64,000 bases of DNA from the NCBI GenBank assembly GCA_964434115.1, contig CAYSSX010000003.1, positions 12,554 through 76,553 on the forward strand, given 5' to 3'. A program made the translations under genes and the position numbers. Source of the stretch: an uncultured bacterium. Lineage in GTDB: Bacteria > Omnitrophota > Omnitrophia > Omnitrophales > Aquincolibacteriaceae. Every line of letters starts with the position of its first letter. The stretch's first letter is position 1. Under the pieces are notes generated by a model that was not told the DNA's origin, ran no database searches, and saw only the letters and a list, made by a program, of their open reading frames with translations. Shown here one piece after another: positions 1 to 9,289 of the stretch.

Positions 1-447
1 CACACAGGCCTGCTGGCCTTTGCCACAAGCGACGATGAGCTGGCGGGCGTTCTGGGGCATGAGATAGGGCATGCTTATGAGCGGCACCCTGCCAAGGGCA
101 TGACGCGCTCTCTGGGGGCAGAGTATATTTCCAAAATGCTTCTCAAGGGGAATAACAACCTTGCGGCCAAGGCCGCGCTTCAATTCGCAAGCGGCGGAGT
201 TTTAAATAAGTACGGCCGCGACGATGAGCGTGAAGCGGATGACATTGGTTATTACCTGATTCGCCGCACAGGGTATTCACCCGATGGCTTGCTTCGCTTT
301 ATGAAAAAGCTTCAGCTTGTCAGCAACGATACAACTCCTGTCTTTTTTCGTTCCCACCCGCCCACCGCAGAACGCGTCGCGCGCCTCGAAGCTTTGATCA
401 AGCAGCCTGCGTCTGATACCGAAATAGCGAAGCGTTACGCGTTGTAA
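1..447 (+). CDS. M48-family zinc metallopeptidase, C-terminal part (the gene begins upstream of the window)
   Basis: Frame 1 reads through from position 1 without an in-window start. The translation contains LGHEIGHAYERH, an HExxH zinc motif typical of M48/HtpX/BepA peptidases, and the ORF ends at 447. It is a paralog of the complete M48 gene at 30406..31365 (IAHEIGHISHHD). Confidence 0.7.
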   Translation, partial: HTGLLAFATSDDELAGVLGHEIGHAYERHPAKGMTRSLGAEYISKMLLKGNNNLAAKAALQFASGGVLNKYGRDDEREADDIGYYLIRRTGYSPDGLLRFMKKLQLVSNDTTPVFFRSHPPTAERVARLEALIKQPASDTEIAKRYAL

Positions 448-721
448 ACCGCTTTAACCCAGCCTTTTACCCGTTTAAAACCCCCTGTAAGTCATTTCCG
501 CACTAGCAATCCTATGCATCTACACTCTTTGTTTTCGCAATAACAATTTTGTCTCCTACAAAAATAGCTGTATTTTTAGAATCGCTTCACAGGTATGCCA
601 TATTTTACCCTTGACCTGAAATAGAGGACTTCATTGCAACCCAATTGTTTGAAGCAGTTTATGGTCAAGGTTAATGCTGGGTGGCGGGAAGTCTAAACAG
701 CGGGTATCTTTCCCCATATTT

Positions 722-737
722 TGGCACATGCGTTGCA
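722..737 (+). promoter_or_regulatory. Candidate sigma-54 (RpoN) -24/-12 promoter upstream of giant ORF 1
   Basis: The sequence TGGCAC-ATGCG-TTGCA matches the consensus TGGCAC-N5-TTGCA exactly, with GG at 723-724 and GC at 735-736 (12 nt spacing). It lies about 60-95 nt upstream of the candidate start codons at 797 and 830, at the end of an AT-rich leader of about 350 bp. Confidence 0.5.
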
Positions 738-796
738 ACGTAATAGAGACGGACGAAAAACTTTTAAAAACAATGTATTAAAAACGTCCGGAGGGT

Positions 797-3700
797 GTGC
801 TCGAAAATTTTGCGGGGAGGGCAAGGCCAATGTTTAAGACCTTTTTCGGGGGAAAAAAGACGAGAACGAAGGTCCTTGCCCTCTCCCTCATCACCACTCT
901 TTTAACTCTGGATATAAAGGAAGCTGGGGCTTTTGAGTCTTTTCTTCCGGCTCCCGGAGTTTCTTCTTTAAGCGATCAAAGTCTTCCTTCTGAAATTCTT
1001 CCGGAAATTGCTTTTCGTATTCCCGCGGCCTACGGACAAACCCTTCGCTCCTTTCAGGGAGACAAACCTTTTTTTGTCGTTCTTCTCCAGGATGCGCATG
1101 TTCATGAGGAGGCTCAGCTTCATTTGGCCGAGCTCCTTAAATTTCTTTCCGAAAATTACCGCGTCAAACTTGTCAGCGTGGAAGGTGCTGAGGGTGAGCT
1201 CGGTACGCACGCGGTGAATGCGTTTCCCGATAAAAGCGCGCTCCGTAAAGCTGCGGGGTATTTTCTGAAAAACGGGCGTCTGACAGGCGCGGAGTATGCG
1301 GCCATGATTTTGGACCCGAGCCTTCGTCTCTTCGGTGCCGAAGACCGGAAGCTCTATGAACAAAACCGGGATATTTATTTTAAAACCCAGGAATTCCGCG
1401 GGCGTGATCAATCGGTATTGAAAGAGACGAGTGACCTTCTTCAAAAACTCTCACGCTATGTGTATGCGCCGGACGTTCAGGAACTGCTCAGGAGTGAGGA
1501 GAAGGCTTTTCAGGACAGCGGACGCCTGGAAACTTATGTTTACATGCTTGCTCAGAAAGCCCGTCATCTGGAAATTTCCGAACAGGCTTACGGCTCTATT
1601 GCAAAATTCCTCCAGGCCGCTGAACTGGAAAAACGCATTCAGTTCGAAGAAGCCCGTGAGGAGCTGGCAGCATTAGAGCAGACCCTGAAAATCCGTTTCC
1701 CTGGACAGGTGTGGGATTTACCGTTGACGGAAACCAGCGATGCGGGCGGAGAATGGCGGCGCCGCGACTGGGCCAAGATCATCGCGAGAGCAGAAGAAGC
1801 GGGGCTGGGCGAACAATTTCCTCAGGCTTTGCGGATGGCGCAGTATTTTGAAGTTTCCCGCTCTTTGGGAATGAACCTGACCCAGGAAATACGCGCCTTG
1901 GCCGCGGCAGTTAAAGAAAAACTTCTGCTCACTGACACTGAGAAAAAATTCGACCAGTTTTTGCAGGCCATCCGGATTTATGAATCTTTCCTGAATCTTT
2001 CCCTGACGCAGGAAGACGCGGAATTCTTTTTTCCGCACCGGGCTCTTTTCTCTTCACAGAAAATACGCGAATTCGTGGAGCCTCTCTTGCGTGAACAGCA
2101 ATTTGAAAAAACACTTCCCGCGGACCTGGATCTGCTTGATAAGGATCTTCCCGAACTCGAAAAGTTTTATCAGGCCGCTTTGCTTCGTGACAAGGTGCTG
2201 GTGGAGCGCACGGTGAATAAAATGCAGAAAGAACGCGCTTTGTCTTCGGCGCTTGTGGCCGGAGGGTTTCATACCGCCGGCATTGAACGGCGTTTACGGG
2301 AAAAGGGAATTTCTTTTGTGACCGTGATGCCACGGATGACGAAAGTGGACGGCGAAGAAGAAAGTAAAAAACGCTATGAAGATGCGCTCAGCGAAAAGCC
2401 TTTGACCCTTGAAGATATTTTTAAAGTGACGGCAGAGAATTCAGCCCAGGCCAAAACTCAGGATACCCGGTTCCAGCTTGTGGCCTGGCTGATGAGTTCG
2501 GGGCCGGCAGTTCCGGGAGAAAAGGAATCCCGTATCCGGCCGCTTTTCTGGCTGGCGGCAGTGGAAAGTCTTCTGGGCGAGGAGCGCGTAAGCCCTGCCA
2601 TCCGTGAGCTTGAAAAACAGGCGGGAGAAGTTTCCGATGAAGGCTACCGCAGTGAGTTGAGAGACGTTCTGCGTGAGCTTGAAGGCGGAGTGCTGGAACA
2701 GCGTTCAGAAGACATGAAGGTGTATTGGCAGCGTTTGCCGGAAGGGGCTTTCCGGGCGGTGGTGAAGGCAAGCGGGAAAGACCGCCTGAAACTGGCGGCA
2801 GTTTTTGGGGTCCGCCGTTCCGTGCCTATCGTTGATCTGGGCGGGGATGAGATTCTTTCTGTTTTGAAAGTGGATGGTTATCTCGTGCCGGAAAAAGTCC
2901 GCCGGCAGTTTGATGCGAAGGATACAAGCGCCCGCCTCGCGGAAGAGCAGACGGCCGCGAGGGCTGAGCTCCGGACTCATGAACAGGACAGCTTTCGCAA
3001 AGATGTTGAAGAGAGGCAGCAGCAGTGGCTGGAAGAAACCCTTGAAAAAGTGAACCGGATTTTTGCCCAGGCCGAAGCCTATCTTGAACGCCAGGAAACG
3101 ATCGACTCTGCGAAGCTTTCACGTTTTCTCGAGCAAGGCGTGACCGCGGCCCTGCGCGAACTCGAAGACCTCAAGGATACGGAATTTCATCAGGTGGCGG
3201 ATGCCGCGCTTTCCGCCCGCTTCAAGGAGCGCTGGAATGACCTTTTGGCGCGCATTGGGGTTCGTGCTCCGGAAGCCGTCGAACAGTTGAAAAATCTCCT
3301 GCCTGCTTTACTGGATTCAGAAGCGGCCACAGCGGAGGCTGAAGATGTTTCCCTGACCGGACTTCTTTCGACGTACCGCGGTGACGGAACTTTTTTTCAG
3401 ACCCATTCACTGGAACAGATTCAGCAGGCGCTGGAAGACTTTCAAAAGCAAACGCCTTCAGCGGCCCGTGAAACCCGTGTTCCCGGGAGTGTCCGGTTTG
3501 CCGCGGGCCTCATTCTTTTTTATGTGATTCCGGGAACGGCTGCTTATTTTCTTCAAAACATGAGCCTTCCCGCGGTGATTCAGACGCTTCTTTTTATTTT
3601 CTCCATGCGCGTGGGGTATCTGGCCTTGACGCTGGCGCATGAGTGGACTCATTTGTCAGCCGCGGTACTCACCGGGGCGGGCAAGGACGCCTTGACGAGA

Positions 3701-6700
3701 ACCAATCTCACCGGGTCTCTGAAAATCCGGGAATGGGCAGCGGGAATTTTCGCGCCGCTGGTAAGGACCCCGAGGGTCATGATCCCGGCGCTTCGTTTTG
3801 GAAAGAATACTTCCCAGCATTCCCTGGTCCGTGACGCGGCCTGGATGATGAGCGGGCTGGTGGCCTTGGCCGGTATTGTTGCGCTGGTGGTCCTTACGCC
3901 GGGGCTGGAAAATATTTTATCGCGTTCTACGGTCGCGGGTGTTGCCGTCGGCTTTGCTTTGTCTTTCTTCGCGGGTTTTTGGTCCGATATTTTACGGCCT
4001 GCACCCAAAGGCGTTTATTGCTGCGGTAACTACGGGGCAGCGTATTTGGATACATCAGTTCAGCCGCCCGTTGGGGGACAGGATTTAACGTCCGTCCGCG
4101 CAAGAGTCGTGAAGACAAAACGCGGACAGCTTCCGGACGCTCTGCGCGGGGAGTATAAAGGCGAGGTGAGAAAGCGCTCTTTGCTGGAAAGACTGCGCCG
4201 TCCCTTTGGAGGCCTAGAAGCGCCCCGGACAGCCACATGGTTTGATGAACTTCTGCTTAAGATGTCGAAGGTCACGGTGATTCGCGGTGAGCAGGCCGGC
4301 GGTGAAATTGGTTACGCGGGTTCCGGTTCCGCAAGGATTGTCCGGTTACAGGGGCATTCACGTTATGGAACTTCCAGCGCGCCTGCGGTTAAAGAAACGC
4401 AGCCTCATACATGGCTTCCGGAACGCAAGACGCCGGTGTGGAGCATTGATAACGGCGTCATGCCGCGCGGTGCCCAGACAAGGCGCGTCAGTACCTTTGT
4501 CACGCACAATGGCGACTTTGATTTTTGGGAGTTATACGGCAAACAGGTTTCTTTTGATCAGGTCGCTGTTTGGCTGAAAAAAGTTTTGGGGGTTGGGCAC
4601 CCGGCCAAGGGCGATACGCCCAAACTGGCCGGCGTCATTGATTATGTTTTTGCCCAGGGGATGTGGGATGCGGCCCTGCGGTTTGCGTTTTATGAGAATG
4701 TGGCGGACACCCTCGATTTCCGCGGACTGCCACAGAGAACGTGGAAGCAGTGGGGCGCGCGTATGGACGAACTTCTTTCCCGGCTTATCCGCGAAGGCCG
4801 CGTGTCGCCTGTCCGTGAATGGTCGCACGTGCCGCAGGCGGAGCGCGATTTGATTGCGGCTGAAGCGCTCCGGATGTTCTCCGAAAGTGATGACTTCAAA
4901 AAGTCCGTTCCGGAGTCAAAGCGGGAAGGGTTTATTAAGGCGGCCGTGCAGGCCTTTCTTGAAAATGATCTCTACACAACAGCGCGTATCGTCAAAGCCC
5001 GTTCCGAAGGCTCTTTTGGCGTGATTATTACGTCCTCTCTGCAGCCGGAAAAAACGGTTTTGTTTGCGCACTCTCAGCCGCTTTTCATTGGCTATGACCC
5101 AAGCCTGAATTTAATGGCCTGGGCCTCGGAAGCCGCAGCGCTTAAAGTTGCGTTCACCGTGGATGGAACGAAACGCACGCTTCCTTACCGTTTTGACATG
5201 GACCAGGAAACAGGCGAGATTCTTGAGCTCCGGATGGATGATGGGCTTGGGAAAGAAGGGGAAACGGCCCAGTCCCTGCGTGTTTATTCGGAATTTTTGA
5301 AGCGGGAGCTGACACCGGAAGAAGTGTCCCGTTCCGGCCGTGTGATTGACACGCGTAATAATCCGCTGATTGACCCGCTTCCGGATTTTGATGAAAAGGA
5401 TCTGGTGGGTTCAGACATCAAGGAAATTCCCTACATTTTAAACAAGATCGAACAGACCTGGCAGGACCCCGAAAGCTTTAACCGGCAAAGCGCCTATGCG
5501 CTTCTTGAAATGCTGGTGGAAAAAGATATTGAGAAAAGAATCCGCGCCGGCGTGAGTTTAAAACTTTTAAACGGGCTGGCTGAGCAGATCCGCGAAACAG
5601 CCGCTCTGATCCGCGCGGATTTGATGAGCGGAAAAGTTTCAAATCAAAATCTTCCGGCTCTTGTGGAACGTGAAATCGCTGCCATTAACCAGGCCGCGCT
5701 TTTGAATCCGCCTCACGTGCCTGAATCCGGTGATTTTTTCCCGGAAGGGCAGTCCACTGTTGATGTTTTGTTGACGGGCTTTGAAGTCAGCCAGTGGTTT
5801 GGCGAACAATTTATTTCGGACCTCAGCCGTTTGTTTCCGGCCCTGACGGTGGAAGCGGTTTCATCGAATAAAGTTTTGAAGTCCTTGAAGGAGACCCGCT
5901 TCCGCGGCGGCGCCCGGGAATTCCGGATTCAGGAAAATAACCGTGTGGTGAAGGTGGATAGAAACACGGTGGTGCTTGCCGTGAGCCAGTCGGGACAGAC
6001 CTTTCCGACATTGAACGCGACCATTGCTTTGCGGGCTGTGCTGGGTGAACGGGTGTTTGCCATGACTGGCGGCCTGGATACCCTGATGGGGCGTGCCGTG
6101 GGACAGGTGTATGCCAAGGGTGCTCCCTTCAGCGGAAGAATTTTTGATAATTTGAGCGGACTCCGGCCGGCAGAACCGAGCACCGTGGCAACAGCTGCGG
6201 TCCATGCCACCTTTACCGAGATGCTGCTGTACCTCGGGACTGAAATGAAACGCATTTATGGAGAACGCAGGCCGCTTGGAATGGCGTTTGAATTAGAGGA
6301 CCTGGATATTTTGCGCAAGCTCCGGGATGAGCTGAACACGCAGGGACTGCCCGCGATTGCCGGTGCCTCTCCGCGCAGTTCCAAGGAAACAGTGGACTCT
6401 CCGGTGCGCCGCGACTTGATAAAACTTGGAAAGCGCTGGGCTCAGCATATCCTGGAACCTGCGATTGTGATTGGTTTAGCGACCTTGATTGTCGGTATTG
6501 CCAGCTATTACGGGCTTCCGTTTTTCCCGTCATCCTGGGGATGGCTGCAGGCGGTATCACCGGCAAGCCTCGTCGACTTTTTGATTTCTTTTGGAATTCC
6601 GGTACCCAGTTCTGTGGGAGCGGTGGGTAACTCCATCTTTTTTGTTCTCGCGAACGGAATTTACGCCATCATTCTTTTCCCCTGGTTTCTTTCTCTTGGT

Positions 6701-8833
6701 CTGCGTTTGATTCAGCGGCGTTTCCCTCTGCTGGCCCGCACGGGAAAAAGAACCCTTGTGATCGGGGACATTCCTTACGTGCATCAAACATTGGAAGCCT
6801 ACGTGAGTAAAATTCTTTCACTCAGTTATGGTTTTGCCTCGCTGGATGTTCATGCCGCCAACCCGCGTGATCATTATCTTCCGCGCTTTGGCCACCGTAT
6901 TGTCCGCGGACTTTTGTCTCTTTTGATGGAGCCGGATGCGCGCCTGCACAGTCATCAGGATGAAGTCGGCGCTGTGCGTATGACCAAGAGCCAGCAGGAA
7001 GGGGTCCGGAACTTTCAGGTCGGAGCCGAGGTTTTTACGCTGGGCCGGAAGATCGCGGGGAAGGATGCCCGTGAGAAGGAAGTGGCTCTTCCCGTGGCCA
7101 ATACCCCGATTCAGGTTTCAATTCCTAATTTCATCCGCAAGGTATCCACCGTGGTAACGCTGGATGACGCGGCCCGCCGGACACTTGCCAGCCAGCTGGA
7201 GAATTTCGCGGAACTGTTCCGCGGCAAGCCTTTGCATTTGGCCGCAAAGGAACTTGGAATTTCAATCGGCCTTTCGGGAAATGACCTCGTGAAATTCGAA
7301 GAAGAGTTCCTTCTTTATGGAGAGCGCCAGCACCTTCTGGAACGGATGTATGAGAAACGTCTCGGTTCGTTTGAACGGCTTGTCTCAGCGTACGTGATTT
7401 TTTGGGCGCTGGGAAGAATCGTTTCGCGCGCCTTTCGTTTCTTAAGGTTGACCTACGATATGGCGGCCAGCCAAAGCCGGACGCGTGTGGCCACAACGCG
7501 TTCCCCGGACGCGGCCGTTAATCTGAATCTTCTTTTTTCACAAATCGGAGAGCCGGAATCCGCCAGCCGTTTTAATTCGCCGGCCGTGCCCTTGCCTTTC
7601 CGGGTTGAGACCGCGGAGACGGTTCTTCAAAAAAGCCGGGAATCCGAAGTGACGGTGAGCGCTCCCGTGGCTCAAAGAAGACGTTCGAACACAGGCTTGA
7701 CCCGTGACGACCGCCGGAAGCTTTACCAGCGCGGCATTGAAATGGGGCTTGAAAAAATCGTGTTTGATCTTTTTATCGAGCTCAAAAACCTGGAAGACCA
7801 GGCCCTGGAGCCTGCGGTGGCCGCGCATCTGGACCGCAGTTACACAAGACTGCGTAAGGAAGCGGCTGAAGACCTTGAATGGTTTCAAGGCAAAATTGAC
7901 CCGACTCGTCTTGAAGAACTGAAGTATCTGATTCGCCAGGCGTTGACCAACAGCCGCGAAAGAGTGCAGAAACTTAGAAGCCTGCAGGCGCCTGCAGAAC
8001 GTGCTCCCCGTGTTCAGAACCAGCCCAGTGAAAGTTTTCTGAGACTGCGGCAGGCGCAGAGCCGTTTAAAAGATCAGGAAGAGGTCCGCCGCCAGATTGC
8101 GAAAACTTTTGTTCCTCTTAAGCAGGAACGGGCTGCTGAAAGTTCTTCCGCGCCCGGTTCTGCGCGGGCCGAGCTTCGCGAAGCGCCCCCGGAAGCCTTG
8201 AATCCAGCGGAGTTGTCGGAAGCGCTTCTTTCCAAGAGCAGTCTGGCATGGCTTTCGGAGGAACGACGTTTATTGCCCGGCCTTGCTAGGGCGGAAGCCG
8301 CGGGAATTGATCTTGAAAAGGCTTTTACTGAATTTGCCGTGACCCCGGGAGTTGTGCAGGCCTTAGGGCTTCCCGGTTCTTCCCGGGCTGGAACCCGCGG
8401 GTATTATCTTTTTGAATACCGCGCGCCTGAAGACCGTGAACTTCTTAAAAAGCTTCTGGTCCAAAAAGCGCCCGGCATTGTGGTCGCTGTTTTCGCGCCT
8501 GTTTCAGAGAGGGCTTCCCTGGTAAAGGAATTTACCGAGGCCGTGGCCCAGAACAATTTTGCTTTTCCAGAAACGGATCTTGTGACTTACCTGAACGAGA
8601 AATCTCGCGAGCTTAAAGTTCTGCGCAATGAAGTGATTCATTTCAGGCCGCTGGTCCATGTGAAGTTGAAGAAAAATTACGAGGAAGCGCTTCAGGTTGG
8701 AGCCTTGCCGCTTGCGGCCGGAGGGATTGTCATTCGTTCCGAAAGTCCTGTGCCGGGTGCCCGTGAACTCAGGGTCGCGGATGTTATTGCGGAAGTCTTG
8801 AAAGCCGCGCTCCTTGTGGAACGGTCGGCGTAA
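797..8833 (+). CDS. Giant multidomain protein 1 (2678 aa). It has an N-terminal hydrophobic anchor, the shared two-His N-module, a polytopic membrane segment containing HExxH, a GlmS-like class-II amidotransferase region, a SIS domain and a second membrane segment
   Basis: Uninterrupted ORF of 8037 nt. An alternative start is ATG 830, preceded by GGAGGG. The N-module motifs are VVLLQDAHVHEEAQ at 1088..1099 and GGFH at 2261..2272, both shared with the other two giants. LAHEWTHL (3638..3652) lies in a hydrophobic stretch. GHSRYGTSSAP..QPH and VTHNGDFDFW (4505..4513) resemble GlmS N-domain motifs. VVLAVSQSGQT (5984..6001) is the SIS signature. Confidence 0.8.
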   Translation: MLENFAGRARPMFKTFFGGKKTRTKVLALSLITTLLTLDIKEAGAFESFLPAPGVSSLSDQSLPSEILPEIAFRIPAAYGQTLRSFQGDKPFFVVLLQDAHVHEEAQLHLAELLKFLSENYRVKLVSVEGAEGELGTHAVNAFPDKSALRKAAGYFLKNGRLTGAEYAAMILDPSLRLFGAEDRKLYEQNRDIYFKTQEFRGRDQSVLKETSDLLQKLSRYVYAPDVQELLRSEEKAFQDSGRLETYVYMLAQKARHLEISEQAYGSIAKFLQAAELEKRIQFEEAREELAALEQTLKIRFPGQVWDLPLTETSDAGGEWRRRDWAKIIARAEEAGLGEQFPQALRMAQYFEVSRSLGMNLTQEIRALAAAVKEKLLLTDTEKKFDQFLQAIRIYESFLNLSLTQEDAEFFFPHRALFSSQKIREFVEPLLREQQFEKTLPADLDLLDKDLPELEKFYQAALLRDKVLVERTVNKMQKERALSSALVAGGFHTAGIERRLREKGISFVTVMPRMTKVDGEEESKKRYEDALSEKPLTLEDIFKVTAENSAQAKTQDTRFQLVAWLMSSGPAVPGEKESRIRPLFWLAAVESLLGEERVSPAIRELEKQAGEVSDEGYRSELRDVLRELEGGVLEQRSEDMKVYWQRLPEGAFRAVVKASGKDRLKLAAVFGVRRSVPIVDLGGDEILSVLKVDGYLVPEKVRRQFDAKDTSARLAEEQTAARAELRTHEQDSFRKDVEERQQQWLEETLEKVNRIFAQAEAYLERQETIDSAKLSRFLEQGVTAALRELEDLKDTEFHQVADAALSARFKERWNDLLARIGVRAPEAVEQLKNLLPALLDSEAATAEAEDVSLTGLLSTYRGDGTFFQTHSLEQIQQALEDFQKQTPSAARETRVPGSVRFAAGLILFYVIPGTAAYFLQNMSLPAVIQTLLFIFSMRVGYLALTLAHEWTHLSAAVLTGAGKDALTRTNLTGSLKIREWAAGIFAPLVRTPRVMIPALRFGKNTSQHSLVRDAAWMMSGLVALAGIVALVVLTPGLENILSRSTVAGVAVGFALSFFAGFWSDILRPAPKGVYCCGNYGAAYLDTSVQPPVGGQDLTSVRARVVKTKRGQLPDALRGEYKGEVRKRSLLERLRRPFGGLEAPRTATWFDELLLKMSKVTVIRGEQAGGEIGYAGSGSARIVRLQGHSRYGTSSAPAVKETQPHTWLPERKTPVWSIDNGVMPRGAQTRRVSTFVTHNGDFDFWELYGKQVSFDQVAVWLKKVLGVGHPAKGDTPKLAGVIDYVFAQGMWDAALRFAFYENVADTLDFRGLPQRTWKQWGARMDELLSRLIREGRVSPVREWSHVPQAERDLIAAEALRMFSESDDFKKSVPESKREGFIKAAVQAFLENDLYTTARIVKARSEGSFGVIITSSLQPEKTVLFAHSQPLFIGYDPSLNLMAWASEAAALKVAFTVDGTKRTLPYRFDMDQETGEILELRMDDGLGKEGETAQSLRVYSEFLKRELTPEEVSRSGRVIDTRNNPLIDPLPDFDEKDLVGSDIKEIPYILNKIEQTWQDPESFNRQSAYALLEMLVEKDIEKRIRAGVSLKLLNGLAEQIRETAALIRADLMSGKVSNQNLPALVEREIAAINQAALLNPPHVPESGDFFPEGQSTVDVLLTGFEVSQWFGEQFISDLSRLFPALTVEAVSSNKVLKSLKETRFRGGAREFRIQENNRVVKVDRNTVVLAVSQSGQTFPTLNATIALRAVLGERVFAMTGGLDTLMGRAVGQVYAKGAPFSGRIFDNLSGLRPAEPSTVATAAVHATFTEMLLYLGTEMKRIYGERRPLGMAFELEDLDILRKLRDELNTQGLPAIAGASPRSSKETVDSPVRRDLIKLGKRWAQHILEPAIVIGLATLIVGIASYYGLPFFPSSWGWLQAVSPASLVDFLISFGIPVPSSVGAVGNSIFFVLANGIYAIILFPWFLSLGLRLIQRRFPLLARTGKRTLVIGDIPYVHQTLEAYVSKILSLSYGFASLDVHAANPRDHYLPRFGHRIVRGLLSLLMEPDARLHSHQDEVGAVRMTKSQQEGVRNFQVGAEVFTLGRKIAGKDAREKEVALPVANTPIQVSIPNFIRKVSTVVTLDDAARRTLASQLENFAELFRGKPLHLAAKELGISIGLSGNDLVKFEEEFLLYGERQHLLERMYEKRLGSFERLVSAYVIFWALGRIVSRAFRFLRLTYDMAASQSRTRVATTRSPDAAVNLNLLFSQIGEPESASRFNSPAVPLPFRVETAETVLQKSRESEVTVSAPVAQRRRSNTGLTRDDRRKLYQRGIEMGLEKIVFDLFIELKNLEDQALEPAVAAHLDRSYTRLRKEAAEDLEWFQGKIDPTRLEELKYLIRQALTNSRERVQKLRSLQAPAERAPRVQNQPSESFLRLRQAQSRLKDQEEVRRQIAKTFVPLKQERAAESSSAPGSARAELREAPPEALNPAELSEALLSKSSLAWLSEERRLLPGLARAEAAGIDLEKAFTEFAVTPGVVQALGLPGSSRAGTRGYYLFEYRAPEDRELLKKLLVQKAPGIVVAVFAPVSERASLVKEFTEAVAQNNFAFPETDLVTYLNEKSRELKVLRNEVIHFRPLVHVKLKKNYEEALQVGALPLAAGGIVIRSESPVPGARELRVADVIAEVLKAALLVERSA
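1088..2272 (+). other. Shared N-terminal module of giant 1 (region between the two invariant His motifs)
   Basis: QDAHVHEEAQ ... VSVEGAEGEL ... GGFHTAGI align with QDAHANLEAQ / VALEGSAGELHPEY / GGFHSEG in giant 2 and QDAHANPEAQ / VAVEGARGDLHPEY / GGFHAQG in giant 3. Confidence 0.6.
3490..4000 (+). other. Polytopic membrane segment of giant 1 with an HExxH motif inside a predicted helix
   Basis: Several 18-25 residue hydrophobic runs occur here (GLILFYVIPGTAAYFL, TLLFIFSMRVGYLALTLAHEWTHLSAAVL, MSGLVALAGIVALVVL, VGFALSFFAGFW). HEWTH is at 3638..3652. Confidence 0.45.
4250..5000 (+). other. GlmS-like class-II glutamine amidotransferase-like region in giant 1, lacking the N-terminal catalytic Cys
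   Basis: VIRGEQAGGEIGYAGSG / GHSRYGTSSAPAVKETQPH / FVTHNGDFDFWELYG parallel GlmS RGYDSAGLA / GHTRWATHGEPSEVNAHPH / VVHNGIIENY. No Cys is present at the equivalent of the Ntn nucleophile position. Confidence 0.45.
5860..6290 (+). other. SIS (sugar isomerase) domain in giant 1
   Basis: NTVVLAVSQSGQTFPTLNATIALRAVLGERVFAMTGGLDTLMG matches the GlmS SIS1 signature SQSGET..T..AL. Confidence 0.55.
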
Positions 8834-8835
8834 GC

Positions 8836-9192
8836 CTAAAAGATGGACGCAGAGCTTTCGGAGGAGTTAAGGACGCCTTGAACAAAATTTCTCAGCCGGT
8901 TGCGGGAACTTTTTTGATCAAAGTGACAGATGTCATAAGTCAGACGTTTCCAATAGCGGTCATTTTCGACTTTTCCGAAGGCCACAAACCGCATCCATCC
9001 TGAAACAACAATCGCGGCAAGACAAACGCCGACAATCGATAGGACCAAATTCAGAGTCATCCAAAAGGCCGAGGAAAGACCGGCTGCCATTTCCCTTCCC
9101 TCGCCCACGCGGTTTTTGCTGCGGGATTTGTTCCGTTTCCGCTGTTCATTACGGTAATCGCGAAAGTCGGAAGATCGATATTCTCTGCTCAT
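8836..9192 (-). CDS. Small membrane protein, hypothetical (118 aa from ATG 9192)
   Basis: ATG at 9192 is preceded by GGAGAT. The product has a strongly basic N-terminal region followed by one hydrophobic helix (LNLVLSIVGVCLAAIVVSGW). It is convergent with the giant 1 stop and divergent from the HDAC gene. The longer ORF starting at 9297 would overlap the HDAC start. Confidence 0.35.
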   Translation of the reverse strand: MSREYRSSDFRDYRNEQRKRNKSRSKNRVGEGREMAAGLSSAFWMTLNLVLSIVGVCLAAIVVSGWMRFVAFGKVENDRYWKRLTYDICHFDQKSSRNRLRNFVQGVLNSSESSASIF

Positions 9193-9289
9193 AATCTCCG
9201 TTCTTGAAAAACCTGACTTGATTGATGACTTAAACATCGTCATCATAGTGAATACGGTTAAATCCTTTTTAATCTCCGGAAGAGTCCCC

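Noticed and set aside
8834-8900. Looked for a rho-independent terminator after giant 1
   Set aside because: Only weak dyads are present and there is no GC stem followed by a T-run. Termination may rely on the convergent small gene or on rho.
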